The position numbers were made by a program, and so were the translations under genes. The notes beneath the pieces are model-generated. The model worked only from the letters and a program-made list of their open reading frames with translations, was not told the DNA's origin and made no database searches. 64,000 nucleotides of DNA from Marsupella aquatica (lineage: Eukaryota; Plantae; Marchantiophyta): positions 956,515-1,020,514 of the forward strand of contig OZ316897.1 in NCBI GenBank assembly GCA_973895155.1, given 5' to 3'. Of the stretch, positions 12,310 through 22,543 are shown one piece after another; positions within the stretch are counted from its first letter, which is position 1, and each line of letters begins with the position of its first letter.

Positions 12310-13135
12310 ATTTGAACACGTGGCAATCTGGACACGTGGCGGATCAAGGGGCGTTAGATCTAGGGCAACTAATGTGGCGGCGGTGGAGACTGAGTAGCAA
12401 TGGAGGAGGAAGCAGAAGAGAAGCGGAAGCACATAGGAGGATCGAGATGAGCGAGAGGATCGAGCACAAGATGAGCAAGAGTAAGAGGAGCGCAACAGGA
12501 GCAAGAGCAGAGGAGGAGGAGGAGTGGAGGAGGAGGAGGAGAATCACAAGAGGAGGAAATGAAGAATGAGGTCAAGAGAGGACCTCTTGCCTCCTTTACC
12601 CCCTCCCAGGGGGGAGGCCGATGATGTACGGCCAATGATGTGAGGCCGAGGATGTACGGCCGACTATGTGAGGCCAAATGCAAAGTACGGCCACTAGTGA
12701 GGCGCAACCCTCAGACAAGCCCTAACCCTCCGCCGCTGGTGAAGGTCGATTGCGCCTTATCGCTTTGCCTCATCTTTGACAGCGAGAATTACGCTCCATC
12801 CCTCTTGAACAATGGTATAAGAACCCCTCGAGCGACCTCATTGTTATTTTCCTTCTTAGATTTTCATTCAGTCTCTCAACGAGCTCCGTTTATTACGGAG
12901 CTCCATTGAGAAACTTTGGAATTTATAAAGAACCGCCAAACATCCAGTTTTAACCTCTCCTCTTTTATTTTAGATATATGCAAGAAAATTTGTTCCTTCT
13001 ACACTATTGAAGCATCTAGTTAACCAGCTTACATATAGCTACCCTTCAACACTATATTTTAGTCATTTGGTTGACTAGTAAAATGATAGCATAAAGTCAA
13101 GTGAGTTTGGGGTTCAAGAATCATTTCCAATACAG
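12310..13135. promoter_or_regulatory. Putative bidirectional promoter/5' UTR region between the cargo gene and the transposase
   Basis: Lies between divergent genes. GAG-rich tract at ~12400-12560, alternating GTACGGCC/GTGAGGCC motifs at ~12625-12705, AACCCT motifs. Confidence 0.45.
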
Positions 13136-13260
13136 GTAACTCTCAATTAATTGCTCCATTGAAAAATATTACATTGATATTTGCAAATTTTGAAATCATA
13201 TAACTAAGTTACCTAGTGTTGTCTGATTTTGTTGAATTGAGAAGATCCTAGTGAAACTCA

Positions 13261-14945
13261 GGATAGGGATCATCCCTATCCACCATTTGGATAGGGATTT
13301 TATTGTCTAGAGATCAAGTCTACTTAAATACTTGCATTGTCCTTGTCAGCTGTTTGGATAGGGATCATCCCTATCCACCATTTGGACAGGGATTTTATTG
13401 TCTAGAGATCAAGTCTACTTAAATACTTGGATTATCCTTGTCAAGTGTTTGGATAGGGATCATCCCTATCCACCATTTGGACAGGGATCTTCCTATCTTT
13501 AGATCAAGTTCACATACTTGGATTGTCCATGTCTGCTGTTTGGATAGAGATGATCCCTATCCTCCACTTGGACAAGGATGATCCCTATCTGCCTTTTGGA
13601 CAGGGATCATCTCTATCCGCCATTTGGGCAAGGATCATCCATATCCGCTATTTGGACAAGGATCATTCCTATCAACCATTTGGACAGGGATCATTCCTAT
13701 CAACCATTTGGACAGAGATCATCTCTATCCGCCATTTGGACAGGGATCAGCCCTATCCACCGTTTGGACAGGGATCATCAATATCAGCCATTTGGACAGG
13801 GATCATCCCTATCAACCATTTGGACAGGGATCAGCCCTATCCGCCGTTTGGATAGGGATCATCAATATCCGCCATTTGGACAGGGATCATCCCTATCAAC
13901 CATTTGGACAGGGATCATCTCTATCCGCCATTTGGACAGGGATCAGCCCTATCCGCCGTTTGGATAGGGATCATCAATATCAACCATTTGGACAGGGATC
14001 AGCCCTATCCGCCGTTTGGATAGGGATCATCAATATCAACCATTTGGACAGGGATCATCCCTATCAACCATTTGGACAGGGATCATCTCTATCCGCCATT
14101 TGGACACGGATCAGCCCTATCCGCCGTTTGGACAGGGATCATCAATATCAGCCATTTGGACAGGGATCATCCCTATCAACCATTTGGATAGGGATCATCT
14201 CTATCCGCCATTTGGACAGGGATCAGCCCTATTCGCCATTTGGACAGGGATCATCTCTTTAAGCCATTTAGACAGGGATCATCTCTATCCACCTTTTTGG
14301 ACAGGGATCATATGACCCTATCCATCATGTAGATAGGGATCATCCTTGTTCGCAATTTGGACAGGATCATCCCTATCTGTCTTTTGGACTCTATCATCTC
14401 TATTCGCCTTTTGGACAGGGATCATCTTCATTCGCCGTTTGGGCAGGGATCATCCCTATCCGCCGTTTGGGCAGCGATCATCCATATCAGCTATTTGGAC
14501 AGGGATCATCCCTATCAACCATTTGGACAGGGATCATCTCTATCTGCCACTTGGTCAGGGATCATCCCTATCTATCGTTTGGACTGGGATCATCTCTATT
14601 AGCCATTTGGACAGGGATCATCTCTATCCACATTTTTGGACAGGGATCATATAACCCTATCCATCATGTAGACAGGGATTGACCCTGTCCGCAATTTGGA
14701 CAGGATCAACCCTATCTATCTTTTGGACTATTTCATCTCTATCCGCCTTTTGGACAGGGATCATCCCTATGCATTTTCACGACAAGGATCATCCTATCCA
14801 GCATTTGGACAGGGATCATTCCTATCCGGTGTTTGGACAAGGATCACCCTATCCTCCATTTGGACAAGGATCATTCTTATCCGTTGTTTGGACAAGGATC
14901 ATCCCTATCCATTGTTTTGGACGGGGATCATCCCTGTCCAATGTC
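13261..14945. repeat. 28-bp tandem palindrome array (~50 units) with higher-order structure; inside the predicted 5'-UTR intron of the transposase
   Basis: Unit CATTTGGACAGGGATCATCCCTATCAAC and variants. Candidate donor CAG|gtaact at 13136 and acceptor gtgcag| at 15121. Confidence 0.92.
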
Positions 14946-15129
14946 TCGATATTTGGTAACAAGGGATTTTAGGGCTAGATAGGGATCATCGACGTAGTGT
15001 GAGTATTAGGTTCAGGTTTTTTTTTGCTTCATATATGCGTTGTCCTTGGATAGGATTGACAACTTTTTGCTTCCTAGTTGGGATCATCTTTAACTGATAA
15101 TTTACATTTCAAATCGTGCAGGTGAAAGA

Positions 15130-18100
15130 ATGATGGGAATATTTGTGAGAGGCGACAATGTGATATTGACTATTGACGGTTACAACGTTGCAAGCGGGAT
15201 AGTTCAAAAAATCAACCCGAAGGATAGTGTTCAAAATATATTGTTGAGAGAGAATCAAATTGGCGTTCTCATTGACAAAGTTTTTGACCGAACCGCAAAA
15301 CTACCATTTCCAATGCCTCGGGCAGAAAACCTTTTTGATGCCATTGATTCTTGCGTTATTTGGGATTTGTCGTGCGCATATCTATCAACAACAACAAATT
15401 CTCAAAAACGTATCAGTGTAGGTAGTTGTTCAAATCGACTGGAGAGTAATTTGGAGAAAATCCCAATTGTAGAGGAGGACTCATCAACTACTCTGAGGCA
15501 AGGGGACGAGGTTGAAATGTTCATCTTTGGGTGTTGTGTAGCCCTTGGAGTTGTTTTTAATACAAATCCAATGGACAGATGTCACAACATTTTACTTGGT
15601 GAATCACGGATCAGTGTGAGGGTCACTGATGTCATTCATGGGAGAAGGGTTTTACCTTACAAACATAGTGGGGCTGAAACAATTGACGAGGCAAAAGACT
15701 CATGGGTTCTCTGGGATGTGGCGGATGTCCGAAGTAGAAAGACTTGCTCAAAGAAGGATGCGGGTGACAATATTGACATAGAGCGGAGTTTTGTTGTGGA
15801 GTCTCCATCAGCTGAAATTTCTAAAACTAATTGTGACTATTTCCAACGGTCAAATTGGATGTCAGAGTTGGTCGAACTATACATTGGTTCAGATCGAACC
15901 AATAAGGTTGCCACAGGGACTATCACAGTGCCTCAACAAACAGCGGCGGTTGATGATGAAATCCTTGGCGAGGACCATGTCGGGATTGCTGTGAAAGATG
16001 TGGTGGAATCACAATACTTTCCCAACATCCATAGGGGAGTAATTACTTTGGTTCGATGGCGAATTGATTCAACAAAACTACTTGCAAATGGGAAATTTTT
16101 GTCGAACATTTTGGTTGAAGGTTCAGAGAGGATGGAGTCAGTGGATAGGGATGATCTCTGTCCAAATATAAATGACAAAGGAATGCCGTGCACAAGGCCA
16201 TACAATTTCAACAAGAGGAGTCAAGTAGATCCGATTGAAAAGAAGAGAAGGTTGTTGGAAACCAAGGTAGTTTCAAAAACAATGGAAGCTTCGATTGATG
16301 AAATTAAAAGAGAGAATTGTTGCAAGCAGAAATGTTGTCTGACTATGCCAAGAGAAGACATAGAAGATATTCGGATAGAATTTCACGGTATGTCTAGCGA
16401 GTCAAAAACATCACACATTTTCAACCTCTTCCACTATAGAGAAGATGATGTTCGTGATAAGGGGCACCATGTTCTCAAGGGTATGGTCGTATGTAGACAT
16501 GCATTTGCAATCATCCATGGCTTTAGCCACACAAAATATTATGATTACAAAAGGAGATATGTGGAAGGTTGCAAAATTGGGTTCCATGGAAACACAGGCT
16601 CCATGAAAACAAGGTCAAATACCTTGCATGCACGAGCTCTATTGGAGGATTTTTTGACTCAAAATGCAGAGCCCATGCCTCATATACCTTATGCTGGGGC
16701 TCATGGAACAGACTCCATTGAGTATCGTCTTCCAGCGTGTTACAAGAAGTTGGAGATTCTGGAAGATGTGAGAACAAAGATGAAGGAAGAGGGGCTTCCT
16801 CCAGTTACAGAGAATACTCTGTACAAGATTTGGAGCAAATCATTTGCAAACTTTAGTTTCCATAAAGATGGCGCATTTGCCAAGTGTACTCTTTGTTGTG
16901 AATACAAAGATAGTTTGATGCGAGAAAGAAGGAAAAAAGAACGTGCTGAAATTGAAGAAAAACGAGCGCAACATCTTCGTGAGCAAATGTCACGTAGATA
17001 TGTTTATTATGCTCATCGAGTGATGGCCAAGCAACATCCAGGAGAATATCTTTGCATCATTCATGACAAGATGGATCAAGCAAAGACGTGGATTCCAAAA
17101 ATGGTCAGTACTCCTAAATCGCTTTCAGGTCATGGAATGCCACTACCTATTGCTCTCACAGGGATGTTGACCCACGGAAGGGATCCAGGAGTTTATGCAC
17201 ACTTTAGTGTCACTGGCCTTTGGCCAGAAGATGCCGATTTCACGGTGACATCCTTGGCTAAGTGTCTTCGAGACCTTGAGGAGTACAATGGAGACAAGAC
17301 AGGTGACATGTTGGATGGCCTTTATTTGGAACCTCATAGACCTTTCTTTCAAGCCCTTCTTGACTTTGATGCATTTTTTAAGGGATATTTGGAACCAAAG
17401 AGTATTCCAATGAATAGGTATATTGGTTCTGAAGATGCAGTCGAGAGTCAGACGGAGACGGTCTCCACCCAACATGGTGAGGATCAAGGAGGGGACATGC
17501 ATGGGGAACAAGGCAGTCCAACTTTCAAGCCCTTGCCAAGGCACCTAACGTTGCAAATGGATAATTCAGCAAAGGATAACAAAAACCAGACTGTCATGGC
17601 ATTTTGTAGTGAGCTTGTGAGTAGAGGAGTATTTGAAACTGTTCAAATGTCTTTTCTAATGGTTGGTCATACGCACGAAGATGTCGATGCACTCTTTTCG
17701 AAGGTATCATATCAAGTTCAGCACAAGGAAGTTGCAACTCTCCTTGCTCTTATGGCAGAGGTTTGGGAATGTGAGAGCATTCATCCAGTTCCCAGATTGA
17801 TACAAGAAGTTGCATCTTACAAAGAATATCTTCAAACTTTCAAGGTTAAAGATATTCAAGGTCACTCAAAACCCGTATCATTTCTTTTCTCTATGAGAGA
17901 GAATGTACCAATATTTCAGTATAAGTCTCATGTAAAGCAGGCTTGGGCTCCAGTTGGTGGAAGGTGCATTTGGGCAACAGATCTGACAACAAATTCTCTT
18001 CTTTTACCTAGTGGAGAGCCCTTAGCTAAATCCATTGGAGAGATACACAAAAAATCTGAAGAGATTATCCCATTTTTTAACAAGTACCTTGATTTTTTGA

Positions 18101-18873
18101 GAAAGAGTTGCACTGATGAGACATCTACAGCATATAAGGAAAGATTTCCTCTTGTGAAATATTGGGAGAGAATTGTGGAGTTGTTGACAGATGGGCTCGC
18201 ACTAGAAGGGGAGGGAAATAATCAATTTCCCTTGAAAAATGAGTTTTGGCCTAAGACTAACCACGGCACTGGTTACAAGGTCAACCAACCAGAACAAAGT
18301 GGCCCTCCAAGTGAAGATGAGGAGAATGCAGAGATGGCAGCTCTTCAAAATGAGGTCTTGGAAGAGATGGAAGATCAAGCAGCACCATTTGTTGGATCTC
18401 GAGCTGAGAGAGAACAAGGACGGTGGATTCCCCTACAGGATATTCGTGAAGGGAACTTTGTATTTCTTCGACCCGAGGATGACTGGGAGAAGAAAAACGG
18501 TGGAGGGCATTTCTGGTTGGTGAGAGCTTTGGGTTCAGTGGACCCTAAGCATGAAGTCCCAACTACTACTTTAACAAACCCTCCTCTGCCCCAACAATAT
18601 GCTACAATGTTTCTAGTCGAATGGTGGAGGCCTAAACACTCTAAACTTGATGTGACTGAGAGTGCACGGTATCTAAACTGTTTCATGTCCACTAAGACAT
18701 GGGAACGCGATCCAGGGTTTGGTGAGAACACTCAACATTGGTAGTATGCAAATTCTGCAATGTATGGTTTTAAATCTGGAATGAAAGAAGAAAACATGGT
18801 GGGCAGAGGTTTGAAGATTCCTCGAAATGTTCTACAAACTGTCCAAAGTTATCTCCAAAGGATGGACAAGTAG
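15130..18873 (+). CDS. Sola-like DDD transposase (1204-aa ORF; frame continues 42 codons past a probable premature TAG at 18742)
   Basis: CCKQKCC...VCRHAFAIIHG...FHGN, CTLC...H, IIHDKMDQAK, LTLQMDNSAKDNKN, FLMVGHTHEDVDALFS. Three N-terminal repeats of a Tnp1/En-Spm-like domain (VA.G.V...V.V..V....LP.P...L.DA....V.WD). After TAG 18742-18744 the frame stays open (YANSAMYGF...QRMDK) to TAG 18871-18873. Confidence 0.85.
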
Positions 18874-19145
18874 ACTTAGTTGTTACTAGTGAACTCAAGG
18901 TATAATTAGATAGTTACTAGTTTTTATGTAAGATAGTCACTCATTCTAACATAGTAAGTTACATACTAGTTATTTACTATTCTAATAGTTTTAATGTGAG
19001 ACCATGCCATTGAGTGTTAGTTATATTATCTCATTTTCTAAAGGTTTGATCATTATGAATATGAATGTTTGTTTTTTTTGCATAAATAAAAATATTTTTC
19101 TATTCATTCCTTTCTTTTAAATGATTATAATAAGAGTTGCTAGGA

Positions 19146-19470
19146 AAATGTACACTTTTTAGGCCAAATGTACACTTTGTTGCATTCAAAGCTACACTTT
19201 CTAGACCAAATACACTTAAATGTACACTTCTAAAGCCAAATGTATGCATTTTTCACTCAATTGTACACTTTTTAGGCCAAATATATTCAAATGTACACTT
19301 TTTAAGCCAAATGTACCTATTTTGATGCTCAAATATACACTTTTCATTGCCAAAATGTACACTCTTTAGGCCAATTGTACATATTTCTATCCCCAAATGT
19401 ACACTTTTCATTGGCCAAATGTACACTTTTTCAAGCCCAAAAGTACACTTTTCATTGCCCAAATGTACAT
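19146..19470. repeat. Right subterminal (CC)AAATGTACACTTT repeats (~14 copies)
   Basis: Same motif and same orientation as the left cluster, ending just inside the right 26-bp TIR. Confidence 0.85.
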
Positions 19471-19756
19471 AAATCAAATAATAATACACTTTTAATGAAT
19501 AGGCTGATTAGGGCTTTCTTTTGTCTTACTGGTTTCTCAGCTTGTTGCACAATTAAGGCCTTTCTTCTCCTGTCTCTGCTCAACACCACCTCTAATATTG
19601 TTTGCCTTTTGACCAGTTACTAACCTCTTTTGTTGGCTTCTTGTACTCACCTCTTTTGTTGGATTCTTCCTAAAACTGAAAGCAGCTACCCCACCAGGAA
19701 CATGATTGGCACCTCACAACAATGGGCAGGTACAAGAAACTAATAAAAGAGGTTGG

Positions 19757-20317
19757 TTTATCTCCCTGGCTCTGATGGGTGTCTCCTTGGTTAATTTTTC
19801 TATCTCCAAATTACTTGAACCCCCCATATATATATATATATATATAATTTCTGATTTCCATATTCAAATACAATTAGACACCCCCCCCTCTAAGGTTCAT
19901 TCCTTTCCATGCCCTCAATCAAAGAAAAGAAAAGTTTCCAGTCGTGTGCCTTGAACACGCCACGTCGTAGTCTCAACTGAGCTCCAATACCCTAGGTCAC
20001 ACATTACTTCTGTGCGTCAATTCTCCATGCTCATTACCATTTAATCATTTATAATTATTTTAAAATTTATATTAAAAATATATTGATATTTTTAAAATTG
20101 ATATTATAGAACTTGTACATTATTTTTGAATAAGTTGTAAGGGTCAAGCATTAGAACCCCTCAAAAATCTGTGCCCTCCTGCAAACTGAACCGGGACACA
20201 AAAATGGGGCTGGCCTGAAACTGAAGTGAGACACAAAAATGAAGAGAGCATTCCGGTGGGCTGTGGGGGAGAATCGAGGCGCATTGAATGACAATGCAGG
20301 GACTCGTCTCCCTGAAT
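19757..20317 (-). repeat. Right terminal inverted repeat of the outer element
   Basis: Reverse complement of 4094-4629; contains an expanded (AT)n at ~19826-19846. Confidence 0.92.
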
Positions 20318-20628
20318 ACCAATTCAAAGAGAAATCACCAAGGGCATCAAGTTACATGGTAACCAAGGGAAAGCAACTCTTTGAGTTGAAGAACAGAGGC
20401 CACTGCGTGGACAGAATAGCGGAGGAATTCACTCAAAACCTTCTACTATTACTATTAAAATGCATCTTTTACATGTCATTATTGGAACAGAAGTGTAATT
20501 GTGCATGCCAGTAAAATTCAACATTTCATTTATGTCCAATATATGTCACACTACCAGAGAGCCAAAAGTGCCAAACTCCCAGACAAGATCTAAAATGCAG
20601 GATACCCAATCAAGGGAAAAACGCAAGG

Positions 20629-20748
20629 AAGCCCAAAAAGCCAAAAAGCCAGTGAATTAATGGCAAAGGAACGAAGCCCCCCTCAGCTTTGCCCAAAAAG
20701 CCAAAAAGCCAGTGAATTAATGGCAAAGGAACGAAGCCCCACTCAGCA
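20629..20748. repeat. 60-bp tandem duplication (2 copies)
   Basis: gcccaaaaagccaaaaagccagtgaattaatggcaaaggaacgaagcccc occurs twice. Confidence 0.85.
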
Positions 20749-21224
20749 GTAAACTGAAAAGTTTGGTAAAAGTAACCCATAAGCAAACCACATAGGAGGG
20801 TCTTGAAGAGGAATTTGTCTAGTGGCCTTAAACTGAAGAGTCTCGGCCCTCCAAAGAGTAGTGACTGTGTGAGTCGAATGTACTGGTGCAATACATACCT
20901 GGTGTCTAGAGAAGGCAATGAAGACAGAAACTAGGGCATAACATTGTGGTACTTTACAAAAGACTGTACAAGATTGCAAATTACTCTTGGTTTCCATCAG
21001 GGCATGAGGTCAAATGATTGTGTCCATGCAAATTTGGAATTCTGGTTTTGGCTATATACTTTTACCTTCTCTGCCCTTTGTAATGTTTGGTGGTTGTTGT
21101 AGAAGAATGCACAATATAGATTTTGGATGGGGCATTATGAAAATTTTCAAATTTTACTATAACTAGTAAGGATAAAAGAAATCTCTTTAAATAGCCTTTG
21201 CTTGTATTAACACAACATTACAAG

Positions 21225-21900
21225 GGCATTATGGGCAATAACTAGCCAAGGAAAACTTGAGCTAAAGCCCTTGTTTTGGAGGGCATCATGGCCCTTAATG
21301 CTTATCAGATAGTCAGTTTGATCTTCATGCCCTCGTGATTTTTCACTTTATAGTTTTCAGTGCACTTATGAAGAATGCACAGTCAAAATTTGGATCAGCT
21401 CTCGACATGAAAGTTCTCATCAAATCTTACTAAAAGTAGTCGTTTAGGCCTTTTAGTGTAATAATATCCTGCTACCAGTGAGAGCAGTATTGGAAATAGT
21501 AGCCCCTCAAACTTGAACAAAAGCCCATGTTTTGAAGGCATTAGAGCCCATAATGTATGGTAAAATTAACAATACTATACTCTGAAGACCATTTGTGATT
21601 TTTCTCTTTGCATTTTTCCCTGTATTCATGGAGAAGAGTGCACCGTCCAGATATGTATGAGGATACTAGGAAGATTATCACTTGCATTTACTAAAATTAG
21701 TTAAAAAAATCTCTTAGACCTTTAGTGTATTAGTGCTTGTTATGACATGATGGGAAAATAACAGCCCCTCAGAACTCAAGGTGGAACATTATAGCCCACA
21801 ATGCCCTGCAAACAGTAGGACATTACCATGTTCTTGATGCCATTTGTCATTTGCCATTTTTTCTTCTCTATTTTTCAGGGCATTATGGAGCATAATGCCC
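21225..21900. repeat. Diverged ~260-bp tandem repeat (about 3 units)
   Basis: Recurring blocks aacttga..aaagccc.tgttttg.aggcat..gccc.taatg and cctttagtgta.ta. Confidence 0.5.
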
Positions 21901-22150
21901 CGGCCGAGATCCGTGTCATCTTTTTGAGGAAGATTCACCTCAATGTTTATTAAAGTTAAAATACAAAAAACAATAAATCCTCTCAGGCCTTTCAGTGTAC
22001 TAAGGTCCTGCCTTTGTTGCTTTATGGGCAATAATAGAAACTCAAAACTCAAGTTGAATTGAATCTCTCATTTTTAGGAGCATTTATCACATAATTGGGC
22101 TTATTAGATTGTCACTCTTTTTTGGCATAATACGTGACTACCTTGACACT

Positions 22151-22543
22151 GAATTTCTTTATTATTATGATGATACTGTTTTGTCTGTGGGCTAAGAAAA
22201 ATAACCTAGTTTAGCTCCTTCACATCTAATGGCTATCATCACGTCGCCCAGTTTTGCAATCAAATGGCATGGGTCTCCCTTAAAGTGACCTTGATCACCC
22301 TTGCGTCAGTTCACCAAGGGGTGGGTCGGGTGGTCCTATCCTACGCACGGCCTGTCCCTATGCATAGCATTTGCCCTTGAATGTGTACCTGAGTAAGGTC
22401 AAAGTCACCTTGAGAGAGATCCAGGCCATCTGATCATGAAATTGGTTGTGATGATAGCCATTGGATATAAAGGAGCTAACTCATCTTAGGTTTCTAAATA
22501 CACAAACAAAAAGAATAGTATTGTGATAAATAAAAAAAACTTT
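22151..22543. mobile_element. Foldback/MITE-like element (~390 bp)
   Basis: ttagctccttcacatctaatggctatcatcac (~22210) is the near reverse complement of gtgatgatagccattggatataaaggagctaa (~22448); symmetry extends both inward and outward. Confidence 0.65.

Larger units (their letters stand above)
5017..19508. mobile_element. 14,492-bp cargo-carrying Sola-like DNA transposon
   Basis: Perfect 26-bp TIR ATCAGCCTATTCATTAAAAGTGTATT (5017-5042) and its reverse complement (19483-19508). TAGG duplicated at 5013-5016 and 19509-19512. Subterminal AAATGTACACTTT repeats at both ends. Internal DDD transposase. A 4-bp TSD is characteristic of Sola. Confidence 0.85.
4094..20317. mobile_element. Outer non-autonomous foldback/long-TIR DNA element (~1.7 kb of its own sequence), split by the inner transposon
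   Basis: 4094-~4629 is the diverged reverse complement of ~19757-20317 (ATTCAGGGAGACGAGTCCCTGCATTG... / ...CAATGCAGGGACTCGTCTCCCTGAAT). Flanks aacaattc (4086-4093) and accaattc (20318-20325) form a 7/8 candidate TSD. Confidence 0.8.

Noticed and set aside
13261-14945. CRISPR array (palindromic ~28-bp repeats)
   Set aside because: The units are contiguous with no unique spacers, there are no cas genes, and the context is a eukaryotic intron.
11710-14972. Repetitive ORFs (e.g. 11710-12012, 13523-14972) as repeat proteins
   Set aside because: They are open in several frames only because the 108-bp and 28-bp units lack stops, and they lie in predicted introns.
15130-18744. CACTA element, suggested by the Tnp1-like N-terminal repeats
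   Set aside because: The termini are not CACTA/CACTG, the TSD is 4 bp, and the catalytic motifs (DNSAKDNKN, GHTHEDVD) are not En/Spm-type.
19137-19954. Short ORFs in the right subterminal and TIR region (and 4431-5205 on the left)
   Set aside because: They are translations of the TGTACAC repeats and TIRs, with no protein-like features.
4094-20317. Polinton/Maverick or endogenous virus (16 kb with long TIRs)
   Set aside because: No PolB, integrase, ATPase or capsid motifs, no AG...CT termini and no 6-bp TSD; an inner TIR/TSD pair and a DDD transposase explain the structure.
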